Shown: positions 11,439 to 19,323, counted from the first letter of the stretch. The stretch: 26,604 nt of DNA from Steroidobacteraceae bacterium (GCA_044238215.1 JBIIDW010000001.1:1-26604), one strand, 5' to 3'. Translations and numbers: made by a program. The notes: generated by a model not told the origin, from the sequence alone.

Positions 11439-12362
11439 TCACTCGCCGCCGGAGCGTGCCCGCGGCCGACCGCTCCAGTTGGTGAGGCTGACGCCGGCTA
11501 CCGCAATGACTCCGCCGAGCAGCAGCGATGCGGCCAGCGGTTCGTCGAGCAGCAGCGCCCCCGCCAGCACGCCGAACACCGGCACCAGGTTGTTGAACAC
11601 GGCCGTGCGCGCCGGTCCGAGCACCTTCACTCCGCGGGCGTACCAGACGAACGCCAGTGCCGTGCCGCCGGCCCCCAGGTAGAAGATCGAGCCGCCGACT
11701 GCCGGCGTCAGGTCGGCGAGGCGCCAGTCCGCCCATTCGGCGGGCATGCCCAGCGTCAGCATCGCCGCGCCCCACAGCGTGCTGACCGCGGTGGTGGCGA
11801 GCGGCGACGGCGCCGCCGGGCCCGCGAGTGCGTAGCGTCCGACGATCGTGTAGGCCGCCCAGGACAGCGCGCCGCCGAACATCAGCCACTCGCCTGCGCC
11901 CACCCGCTGCAGCAGGGCCGCCGGTTCGCCCCGCGACAGCACCAGCGTCACACCGAACAGCGCCAGCGCGATCCCGCACCAGCGGTGGAGCGGCAGCGAC
12001 TCGCGGAACACCAGCGCCATCCCGATCGCCGTCAGGATGGGATTGAGCGCCACCACCAGCGCCGTCCGGCTCGCGGGGATCCGCTCCAGCGCGCCGAGGA
12101 AGAACAGGTTGTAGGCGACCAGCCCGGTGGCGGCCAGCAATGCCGTGCTGACCAGGTCGCGCGGCCGTAGCCGCGGCCAGCCGCCCTCGACCACGCGCAG
12201 CACCGCGGCCAGGATCGCGAAGCCCACCCAGAAACGCAGCGCCGCCAGCGTGAAGTGCGGCAGCACGGGAGCCGCCACGCGACCCGCGACGAAGGTGCCG
12301 CCCCACAGCGCCGCCACGGCGGTGAGCCGCAGGTACAGGCCCGCGTGGCCGGCGTCGCTCAC
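11439..12362 (-). CDS. DMT/EamA-family transporter
   Basis: GTG start. About 10 hydrophobic segments in two repeats: LWGGTFVAGR, LAALRFWV, YNLFFLGALERIPAS..ALVVALNPI, AFVWYARGVKVLGP.RTAVFNNLVPVFGVLAGALLLDE. Confidence 0.92.
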   Translation of the reverse strand: MSDAGHAGLYLRLTAVAALWGGTFVAGRVAAPVLPHFTLAALRFWVGFAILAAVLRVVEGGWPRLRPRDLVSTALLAATGLVAYNLFFLGALERIPASRTALVVALNPILTAIGMALVFRESLPLHRWCGIALALFGVTLVLSRGEPAALLQRVGAGEWLMFGGALSWAAYTIVGRYALAGPAAPSPLATTAVSTLWGAAMLTLGMPAEWADWRLADLTPAVGGSIFYLGAGGTALAFVWYARGVKVLGPARTAVFNNLVPVFGVLAGALLLDEPLAASLLLGGVIAVAGVSLTNWSGRPRARSGGE

Positions 12363-12387
12363 GGCCGCGGTGCGGGAACGAGGGGGA

Positions 12388-13230
12388 TCATCCGGCGATT
12401 GTCCCTGCCGGTCCGCGTTCCCGCCAGATCACGTAGAGCCCTGCCGCGACCACCAGCGCCGCGCCGAGCATCATGTTCGCGGTGGGGATCGCGGCCCAGA
12501 ACACCCAGTCGATGCCGACGCCCCACAGCAGCGCGCTGTACTCGATCGGCGCGACCGTTGAGGCGGGGGCGTGGCGGAACGCCTCGGTGATGTAGTGCTG
12601 GCCGATCGCCCCGAGCGCGCCGGTCGCGGCCACGAGTGCGAGGTGCTCCGGGCGCAGCGCCACCCAACCGGGCGCGGCGATGGCCGTCGACACCACGCCG
12701 GCGACCAGCAGGAAGGACGTCACCAGCGAGGCCGGGCGGTCGGTGCGCAGCGCCAGCCGCGCCGTCACCGCCGCCAGCGCGTAGCACAGCGCCGAGACCG
12801 CGGCGACCAGGCCGGCCCACAGCGGCAGCCCGCCGGCGGCCGGACGCAGGATCACCAGCACGCCCGCCATGCCGACCAGCACCGCGACCCACAGGCCCGC
12901 GGTCGGCCGCTCGCCGAGCAGCAGCACCGCGAGCGCGACGATCAGCAGCGGCGCGGCCATGTAGACCGCGTATACGCCGGCCAGCGAGGCCTCGCGAACC
13001 GCCCAGACGAAGGTGAACAGCATCGCCACGCCGAGCAGGCCGCGCAGCAGGTGCAGCCCCGGTCGCGTCGGACGGATCTCGTGCAGGCGGCCGGCCCACC
13101 ACAGGGGCAGCAGCAGGAACGGCAGCGACGACAGCGCGCGCATCGCCGTGACCTGCATCGGCGGGTAGTGCGCCGCGAAGGTCTTGAGCAGCGCGTCCAT
13201 GAACGAGAAGGCGGCCACGGCCACGAACAT
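12388..13230 (-). CDS. Second DMT/EamA-family transporter (start uncertain: ATG 13230 or in-frame TTG 13365)
   Basis: FSFMDALLK...PPMQV..MR, LHLLRGLLG, APLLIVALAVLLLGER, GVLVILRP, EAFRHAPAS.VAPIEYSALLW and AAGLYVIWRE. Confidence 0.9.
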   Translation of the reverse strand: MFVAVAAFSFMDALLKTFAAHYPPMQVTAMRALSSLPFLLLPLWWAGRLHEIRPTRPGLHLLRGLLGVAMLFTFVWAVREASLAGVYAVYMAAPLLIVALAVLLLGERPTAGLWVAVLVGMAGVLVILRPAAGGLPLWAGLVAAVSALCYALAAVTARLALRTDRPASLVTSFLLVAGVVSTAIAAPGWVALRPEHLALVAATGALGAIGQHYITEAFRHAPASTVAPIEYSALLWGVGIDWVFWAAIPTANMMLGAALVVAAGLYVIWRERGPAGTIAG

Positions 13231-13419
13231 CGCGACGATGCCGCGCCGTACCGTCCCCGGGTCTTCCCCGGTCGGTCGCCGCGCGCGAGTCGCCCCGGGG
13301 CCGCCGGTCGCCGCAGGGCTGCCCGCCGCCGGAACCTCAAAGATTTGGGATGTCTTGTCCGTCAAGGGGTTAATTTGCGAAAAATTTCCCAGAAAGCGGC
13401 TTGAAACAGTTTGGCGATG

Positions 13420-13470
13420 GGATTTTGTTGTCGCAAAATCCGCACAAAGGGGCGCGTGCAGTTTTGCACG
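13420..13470. promoter_or_regulatory. Two palindromes in an AT-rich divergent intergenic region
   Basis: GGATTTTG-N6-CAAAATCC (13420-13441) and CGTGCA-N4-TGCACG (13455-13470), between the EamA pair and the wHTH gene. Confidence 0.45.
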
Positions 13471-13508
13471 GAAAAACAAGTCAAAAATGCAGATCATCAA
13501 TAGCTAGC

Positions 13509-13778
13509 ATGAAAGATATCAGCTACGCACCGGCACTCCTGCTCGCGGCGCAGAACGACCGGTGCTCGATCTCCCTGCTGGTGCTCACCTACCGAATCAA
13601 CGGACTGGGCGGTGACCGGGCCTGCCGCAAGCTGATCGACGACCTCGCGCGCCTCGACTACGTGGAGATCCGCCGCAGCGACGGCGAGGACCGGCGCGAG
13701 AAATCCGTGCACGTCACGCCGCGCGCGCGAGACTGGCTCGCGCAGCTGCACGCCACGCTGGCGGTGCTGGCGCGCTGA
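13509..13778 (+). CDS. Small MarR-like winged-helix protein (89 aa)
   Basis: CRKLIDDLARLDYVEIRRSDGEDRREKSVHVTPRARDWL resembles the MarR recognition helix plus the DxxDRR-wing-(L/V)T motif. The start could extend to TTG 13401, but that region is AT-rich and looks intergenic. Confidence 0.7.
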   Translation: MKDISYAPALLLAAQNDRCSISLLVLTYRINGLGGDRACRKLIDDLARLDYVEIRRSDGEDRREKSVHVTPRARDWLAQLHATLAVLAR

Positions 13779-13785
13779 GGCGCGT

Positions 13786-14460
13786 TCAGCCGGCCTTCTG
13801 CTGCACCGGCACGATCGTGATCTCGACGCGCCGGTTCTGCTGCCGCCCCTCGGGCGTGTCGTTGCTGGCCACGGGGTAATCCTGCCCGGCGCCGACCGGG
13901 ATCATGCGCTGCCGCTGCACGCCGCGGCTCTGCATGTAGGCGATCACCGACTCCGCACGGCGTTCCGAGAGCGTCTTGTTGTAAGCCGCGGATCCGGTGG
14001 AGTCCGTGTGGCCGGCGACCTCGATGACCGTCTGGTTGTACTCGGCCAGCGTGCCGGCGACCTGGTCGAGCACCGGGTAGAACTGCGCGCTGAGGTCGGC
14101 GCTGTTGGTCGCGAACGTGACGCCGCCCGGCATGTTCAGCGTGATGTTGTCGCCGACGCGCTGGACCTCGACACCGGTGCCGGCCAGCTGCTGGCGCAGC
14201 TTGCGCTCCTGGCGGTCCTGGTAGTTGCCGATGGCGCCGCCGGCGAGCCCGCCGATCGAGGCGCCGATCATGGCGTTCTGCAGCTTGTCGCCCTTGCTCA
14301 GCAGGCCGATCACCGCGCCGGCCGCGGCGCCGATGGCCGCGCCGCGCCGCGTCTTCTGGTAGTCCGGGCTCGTGGTCGCCGTCTCCATGGTCTGGCAGCC
14401 GGCGAGCGCGAGCGTGGCGGCGACGACGACGAGGGCGACGGGAGCGCGCAGGGTCTTCAT
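13786..14460 (-). CDS. OmpA-family lipoprotein (YiaD-like, glycine zipper plus OmpA C-terminal domain)
   Basis: GAGGTG SD and lipobox LALAG-C. Glycine zippers GAAIGAAAGAVIG and GASIGGLAGGAIG. OmpA domain VTFATNSADL, IEVAGHTDSTGS..YN..LSERRAESV and GRQQNRRVEI. Confidence 0.95.
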   Translation of the reverse strand: MKTLRAPVALVVVAATLALAGCQTMETATTSPDYQKTRRGAAIGAAAGAVIGLLSKGDKLQNAMIGASIGGLAGGAIGNYQDRQERKLRQQLAGTGVEVQRVGDNITLNMPGGVTFATNSADLSAQFYPVLDQVAGTLAEYNQTVIEVAGHTDSTGSAAYNKTLSERRAESVIAYMQSRGVQRQRMIPVGAGQDYPVASNDTPEGRQQNRRVEITIVPVQQKAG

Positions 14461-14465
14461 GAGGA

Positions 14466-15170
14466 TCACCTCTTCGGTGCGGGGCCGGGCAGCACGATGG
14501 TCGGGTCGGTCAGCAGGCGCCGCAGGTAGTCGGGCGCGATGAACTGGCAGTGGTGGCGTGTGGTGGCCGACTCGGCGGCCTTGCCACGTGCGCCAGGCGG
14601 CGCGTCGGTCCAGGCGCGGGCGACGATGCGCAGCGCGCCGCGCCGGTCGACCGAGGCGAATTCGTAGGGCTCGAAGGCCGCGTCGGCGCCCGCCACGGTG
14701 GCGTCGACGTCGATCACGACCTTGCGCGCCTTGCCGAAGGTGGCGCGCGCCAGCTCCGCGGGCGAGAGCGCGCCGCGCACGGCTTCGAGCGTGTTGCGGT
14801 TGACCTGGCCGCAGGTCGCCTCGCGGCCCGCGCTGCCCTCGCCGTGCGCCGTGCGGATCGCCGCCGCTGCGATGAGCTTGCAGGAGATCGTGCGGGCGCC
14901 GCTGCGGCCCGGGCCGTCGTAGGTCGTGTACTGGTGGACCGTCAGCGGCTGCACCGCGGCTGCGGCGCGCGCGAACGATGCGGCGCCGTCGTGCACCTGG
15001 CTGGTGCTGCGCAGGCCCGTGCCCGCGATGTAGTTCTGGGCACGGCCGCAGAACTCGGCCTCGGGCCAGACCGCGGGCGGTGCGGCGGCCCGCGCGGGCC
15101 CGGCCACGGTTCCCGCGATGGCGAGCAGCCCCGCGCAGAGTGCGGCGACGGGCATGGGGCGACGGTTCAT
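14466..15170 (-). CDS. Secreted hypothetical protein with four cysteines
   Basis: Signal-peptide-like N-terminus (MNRRPMPVAALCAGLLAIAGTVAGPARA) and high GC3 codon pattern. Mature-region Cys in EFCGR, ISCKL, ATCGQ and HHCQF. The stop is 5 bp before the OmpA ATG. No family recognised. Confidence 0.7.
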   Translation of the reverse strand: MNRRPMPVAALCAGLLAIAGTVAGPARAAAPPAVWPEAEFCGRAQNYIAGTGLRSTSQVHDGAASFARAAAAVQPLTVHQYTTYDGPGRSGARTISCKLIAAAAIRTAHGEGSAGREATCGQVNRNTLEAVRGALSPAELARATFGKARKVVIDVDATVAGADAAFEPYEFASVDRRGALRIVARAWTDAPPGARGKAAESATTRHHCQFIAPDYLRRLLTDPTIVLPGPAPKR

Positions 15171-15246
15171 CTGGGCTCCGGTGTGGCCACGGTTGGCTGT
15201 GGTGAATTCTACCGCTTTGCCGTCCCGCATCCGTACCATATGCCCC

Positions 15247-16356
15247 ATGAGGACATGCCGCAGTCGAATGGGGTTCCGCGCAGCGGCGGTCGTTGCCCTG
15301 GCGCTCGCGGTCTGCGCCGCCGTACCCGCTGCGCCCGCTGCCACGGCGGCGGCCACGCGTGCCGTGGCGCCCGGTCCCGTCGCCGACTGCGACCGCCTCG
15401 CAGCGCACCCGGAGGATCCGCAGAAGGTCACGCCCGGGCTGCCGGCGGAGCAGGTCGACTACCCGGCGGCCATCGCGGCCTGCGAGGCGGCCGTCGCTGC
15501 CGAGCCCGCCAACATGCGCGTGCGCTACCAGCTCGCCCGCGTGCTCTTCTACTCGAACTCGAACGAGCGCGCGGTCGAGCAGATGCGCATCGCCGCCGAC
15601 GCCGGCTACGTGCAGGCCCAGTACATCTTCGCGACCTTCATCGCCCGCGGCCGACCCTACGCGCCCACCGACATCTGCCTCGCCGAGCAGTACTGGCGCA
15701 AGGCCGCGGACGCGCGCCGCCAGTCGGCGCGCGTGCAGTACGTGCGCTACGCGCTGCGCGAGCGCTTCGCCGGTTGCCCCGGCGCCGCCGGCTGGGCCGA
15801 GATGCGCGCGATGCTCGACGCCGCCGCGAAGGACGCGGTCGGCATCTACCAGCAGGCCATCGTCGAGGACCTCGGCGCGGCGCTGGCGGCGCGGCTGCCC
15901 GACGCGCCGCTCGCCGCGTGGCGCGCCTGCGCCGCCCAGCTCGGCATGCCGGCCGACCAGCCGGTGCGGCTGCGCCGCTTCGGTGACAACCCGCGCAGCA
16001 CCGGCTGGATCAATGCGCTGATCCTGTCCGGCGAGAAGACGATGACCGCGATGACCCCCTGGGTCTACGAGCGCGACCCGGCGCAGCGCCCGTTCGAGGG
16101 CGGCTACTCGGTGATGGCGGATGCGGACGGCAAGCCACTCGCCGTGCTGCGCACGACGCAGCTGCGGACCAAGGCCTTCGACGCGGTCACCGCCGACGAC
16201 AGCCAGTACGAGGGCAAGCCGGTGCGCCCGCTCGAGGAGTGGCGGCGCGTGCACCGCGACTACTTCACGCGCACGCTGGCGCCGCTCGGCCGCCAGTGGG
16301 CGCCGGACATGCCCGTGACGCTGGAGCGGTTCGAGGTCGCCTGCCGCGTGCCGTGA
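15247..16356 (+). CDS. Signal peptide plus Sel1/TPR-like helical region plus C-terminal ASCH (PUA-like) domain fusion
   Basis: Start is ATG 15247 or 15268. Leader RAAAVVALALAVCAAVPAAPA, cap CDRLAAHPEDP, and Sel1-like AADAGYVQAQY...AEQYWRKAAD. From about 15979: FGD...LILSGEKTMT...GGYSVMADADGKPLAVLRTT..AFDAVT.DDSQYEG...LEEWRRVHRDYF...VTLERFEV, a typical stand-alone ASCH sequence pattern. Confidence 0.8.
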   Translation: MRTCRSRMGFRAAAVVALALAVCAAVPAAPAATAAATRAVAPGPVADCDRLAAHPEDPQKVTPGLPAEQVDYPAAIAACEAAVAAEPANMRVRYQLARVLFYSNSNERAVEQMRIAADAGYVQAQYIFATFIARGRPYAPTDICLAEQYWRKAADARRQSARVQYVRYALRERFAGCPGAAGWAEMRAMLDAAAKDAVGIYQQAIVEDLGAALAARLPDAPLAAWRACAAQLGMPADQPVRLRRFGDNPRSTGWINALILSGEKTMTAMTPWVYERDPAQRPFEGGYSVMADADGKPLAVLRTTQLRTKAFDAVTADDSQYEGKPVRPLEEWRRVHRDYFTRTLAPLGRQWAPDMPVTLERFEVACRVP

Positions 16357-17174
16357 GCGCGCCGCTGCTGACCGCCGCCGTGCATCGCGCGCTGCGCGCC
16401 GCGCTCGAGGCCGGCGCGGCGGGGTGCCGCTGCTCGCTCGACCTCGGCCGGACCACCGTCGAGGCCGGCGTCGCACCCGCCGGATGGACGTTCGCCGGCA
16501 CGGCCTACCCGTGGATGGCAGCCTGCCGCGAGCGCACCGTCTATGCGTGGAACGGCACGGCCTTCGAGCCGCTGGCGTACTACGGCGCCGCGCTGGTCAA
16601 GCTGGTGCCCACCGACTGGGGGCCGCCGACCTTCGAGATCGACGGCATCAAGATGCTGCCGACCGCAGCGGTCTCGCCGCTCGAGGACGCGCGCCGCAAG
16701 GTCGCGCTCGTGCGGCCTGCAGGCGCGGCGATCCTCGACACCTGCGGCGGACTCGGTTACTTCGCCGCCTGCGCGCTCGAGGCCGGGGCCGCCAGCGTGC
16801 TGTCCTTCGAGAAGAGTCCCGAGGTGCGCTGGCTGCGCGAGCACAACCCCTGGTCGCCGCCCGCAGGCGGCGCGCTGACGCTGGTCGCCGACGACGTCGC
16901 CGCGCGACTTCCGCAGCTGCCGGCGCGCGGCTTCGACGCGATCCTGCACGATCCCCCGCGCTTCGGCATCGCCGGCGAGCTGTACTCGGCCGCGTTCTAC
17001 GCCGGTCTGGCGCGTGTGCTGCGCCCCGGCGGCCGGCTGTTCCACTGGACCGGGGCGCCCAACAGCCGTTCGCGCGGCCGCGACCTCGCGCGGGAGGTGA
17101 TCCGGCGGCTCGCGGCGGCCGGCTTCGACGCGCGGCCCGAGGGCGACGGCGTGTTCGCCATCCGGCGACGTTGA
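16353..17174 (+). CDS. Class I SAM-dependent methyltransferase, COG2521 / MnmC-methyltransferase-like family
   Basis: GTG 16353 overlaps the upstream TGA. SLDLGRT, KLVPT.WGPPTFEIDGIKM, motif I ILDTCGGLGY, LSFEK, FDAILHDPPRF and RVLRPGGRLFHWTG. Confidence 0.8.
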   Translation: MSAPLLTAAVHRALRAALEAGAAGCRCSLDLGRTTVEAGVAPAGWTFAGTAYPWMAACRERTVYAWNGTAFEPLAYYGAALVKLVPTDWGPPTFEIDGIKMLPTAAVSPLEDARRKVALVRPAGAAILDTCGGLGYFAACALEAGAASVLSFEKSPEVRWLREHNPWSPPAGGALTLVADDVAARLPQLPARGFDAILHDPPRFGIAGELYSAAFYAGLARVLRPGGRLFHWTGAPNSRSRGRDLAREVIRRLAAAGFDARPEGDGVFAIRRR

Positions 17175-17199
17175 AGCGTCATCGGTGCCGCCGTAGTCT
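17171..17199 (+). promoter_or_regulatory. Putative sigma70 promoter for the HNH gene, possibly giving a leaderless mRNA
   Basis: TTGAAG (17171-17176), 17 bp, TAGTCT (17194-17199). The HNH ATG starts at 17206 and has no SD. Confidence 0.4.
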
Positions 17200-17205
17200 A
17201 GGCGC

Positions 17206-17883
17206 ATGAGCGGCATCGACGTGGAGGCGGGCGGTCTCGGGATCGACGACGAATTCCGCGTGGTCGCGCACCCCGCGGAAGGCGTCTCGCTGCACCAGCA
17301 CGTGCTGCGCACCGACGTGTCCGGCATGCCGCTGGAGTGGATCGACTACCGCGAAGCGGCCCGGCTCTACCACCAGGACCAGGTGGCCTACACCTGCGGT
17401 ACGCCGATCTTCCGGCTGATGGGCGGCACCAACGCGCTCACCGGCGAGCGCACGGTGCTCGAGGTCAACTCGATCGTCGCCACCCGCGGGCACACCGGCA
17501 ACCCCGGCCACTCCCGCCACGACTACGTGCCGCCGCTCAACAACCAGACGCTGTTCCGGCGCGACGGCTACCTCTGTCTCTACTGCGGCCAGCGCTTCGC
17601 CCCGCGCGAGCTGTCGCGCGACCACGTGCGGCCGTTCTGCCAGGGCGGCCGCGACGCCTGGAACAACGTCGTCACGGCCTGCCGTCGCTGCAACAACTTC
17701 AAGGCCTACCGCACGCCCGAACAGGCGCGGATGCAGCTGATCGCGGTGCCGTTCACGCCGACCTACGCCGAGTACATCTTCCTGAAGGGCCGCCGGGTGC
17801 TGTTCGACCAGATGGCCTACCTGATCGCCCACTTCCCCCGCAGCAGCCCGTTGCACGGCCGGCTGCGCCAACTGCTGAGCTGA
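17206..17883 (+). CDS. HNH endonuclease (zinc-binding McrA/HNH_5 type)
   Basis: LFRRDGYLCLYCG...LSRDHVRP..QGG.DAWNNVVTACRRCNNFK.RTPEQA.M.L: CxxC, DH, N, CxxC and N motifs. Confidence 0.92.
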   Translation: MSGIDVEAGGLGIDDEFRVVAHPAEGVSLHQHVLRTDVSGMPLEWIDYREAARLYHQDQVAYTCGTPIFRLMGGTNALTGERTVLEVNSIVATRGHTGNPGHSRHDYVPPLNNQTLFRRDGYLCLYCGQRFAPRELSRDHVRPFCQGGRDAWNNVVTACRRCNNFKAYRTPEQARMQLIAVPFTPTYAEYIFLKGRRVLFDQMAYLIAHFPRSSPLHGRLRQLLS

Positions 17884-17888
17884 ACCCC

Positions 17889-18410
17889 ATGCCCCACGTC
17901 AGTCAGATGGTCCGCGCCGCGCTGATGGTCTCCGACCTCGACGCCAGCCGCGAGTTCTACGGCACCGTGCTCGGCCTCACCGAGGTCTACATGGAAGGCG
18001 TCGCCAAGGGCGGCACGATGCACGCGCTGATCGGCATGCCCGCCACGATTACCACGCGCACCTGCATCCTCAAGGCGCCGGGGCGGCCTTCCTGGGGCAT
18101 GGTCGGCCTGTTCGAGGTGCGCGACCCGCAGCCGCCGCGCCTGCAGCGCAACAACACCACGTCGAACGTCGGCGAGCTGTGCATGGTCTTCTACTGCGAC
18201 GATCTCGACCCGGTGTACGCCGAGGCGCAGCGGCGCGGCCTGCCGGTGCTCGCGCCGCCGCAGCCGCTGCGCGTGCGCGGCCACGTCAAGCAGCGCGAGA
18301 TGACCTTCCGCGGCCCCGACGGCGAGAAGATCAACCTGATCGAGTGGGACATCGCGCGCGCCGAGTCGGGCGACCGGCCCGAGCTCTGGCCCGGCGTGCC
18401 CGAAGGCTGA
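17889..18410 (+). CDS. VOC/glyoxalase-superfamily protein
   Basis: AALMVSDLDASREFYGTVLGL, LCMVFYCDDLDPVY and REMTFRGPDGEKINLIE. Confidence 0.85.
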   Translation: MPHVSQMVRAALMVSDLDASREFYGTVLGLTEVYMEGVAKGGTMHALIGMPATITTRTCILKAPGRPSWGMVGLFEVRDPQPPRLQRNNTTSNVGELCMVFYCDDLDPVYAEAQRRGLPVLAPPQPLRVRGHVKQREMTFRGPDGEKINLIEWDIARAESGDRPELWPGVPEG

Positions 18411-18420
18411 GCCGGCCCGG

Positions 18421-18473
18421 CTGCCCCTGGGGGCAGTCCGCCGCAGCCCGCCGGGCCCGTATATTCCGGGCCC
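18421..18473. repeat. Two GC-rich inverted repeats between the VOC gene and mscS
   Basis: CTGCCCC-TG-GGGGCAG (18421-18436) and GGGCCCG-TATATTC-CGGGCCC (18453-18473). There is no U-tract, so they are not called as an intrinsic terminator. Confidence 0.4.
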
Positions 18474-18510
18474 TCGCCACCTGACAACAACGACGCCTAC
18501 GGAGGGGAAC

Positions 18511-19323
18511 ATGGACGCTTCGTCGATCGAGAATTTCCTGCGCACGACCGCCACCGACCTCGCGATCAAGGTGCTGGCCGCCATCGCGTTCTGGATCGTG
18601 GGCCGCTGGCTGATCGGCAAGGTCGTGTCGATGATGCAGGCGGCGATGAACCGCAACGCTGTCGACCCGACGCTGACCAAGTACCTGGGGTCGATCGTCG
18701 CGATCTCGCTGAACATCGCGCTGGTGCTCGGCATCCTCGGCTACTTCGGCATCCAGACCACCTCGGTCGCGGCGATGCTGGCCGGCGCCGGCGTCGCGAT
18801 CGGCGCGGCCTGGAGCGGCATGCTCGGCAACTTCGCCGCGGGCGCGTTCATGCTGGTGCTGCGGCCGTTCAAGGTCGGCGACTTCGTGCAGATCGGCGGC
18901 ATCACGGGCACCGTGCACGAGCTCGGCCTGTTCGGCACCACGATCATCACGCCCGACAACGTCATGACGCTGGTCGGCAACGGCAAGATCTTCGCCGACA
19001 CCATCCAGAACTTCACCGCCCTGCCGGAGCGCCGCGTCGAGCGCACGGCCCAGCTCGCCGGCAGCGTGAACCCCACGGAGGCCATCGAGCGCTTCCGTGC
19101 CGCCGTCGCGAAGATCCCGAACGTGTCGACCGAGAAGGCCCCCGAAGTCAGCCTGCTCGACATGAACCTCGTCGGCCCCGTGATCGCCGTGCGGCCCTAC
19201 TGCCACAACGACCACTACTGGCAGGTCTACTTCGACACGAACGAGGCGATCGTGCGCACCTGCGCCGAGGCCGGCTGGCCTGCGCCGACGCCGGCTACGA
19301 AGATGATCCAGGTGGCGGGCTGA
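18511..19323 (+). CDS. mscS: Small-conductance mechanosensitive channel (MscS family)
   Basis: GGAGGGG SD and three TM segments. AMLAGAGVAIGAAWSGMLGNFAAG..LVLRPFKVGDFVQIGG.TGTV.ELGLF.T.I.TPDN...VGN. Confidence 0.92.
   Translation: MDASSIENFLRTTATDLAIKVLAAIAFWIVGRWLIGKVVSMMQAAMNRNAVDPTLTKYLGSIVAISLNIALVLGILGYFGIQTTSVAAMLAGAGVAIGAAWSGMLGNFAAGAFMLVLRPFKVGDFVQIGGITGTVHELGLFGTTIITPDNVMTLVGNGKIFADTIQNFTALPERRVERTAQLAGSVNPTEAIERFRAAVAKIPNVSTEKAPEVSLLDMNLVGPVIAVRPYCHNDHYWQVYFDTNEAIVRTCAEAGWPAPTPATKMIQVAG

Noticed and set aside
13330-13510. tRNA, riboswitch or sigma54 promoter in the AT-rich spacers (also 11290-11438 and 20250-20400)
   Set aside because: No cloverleaf or T-loop motif, no recognisable riboswitch core, and no correctly spaced GG-N10-GC element found by eye. 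An Rfam scan would be decisive.
13786-16476. 896 aa minus-strand ORF ending in the OmpA domain
   Set aside because: Only 13786-14460 is protein-like and it has its own SD and lipoprotein signal. The upstream part overlaps two better-supported genes.
17206-17883. HNH gene as a mobile element, or as an IscB/Cas9-like or homing nuclease
   Set aside because: No RuvC motifs, no flanking repeats or array, no intron context, and host-like codon usage.
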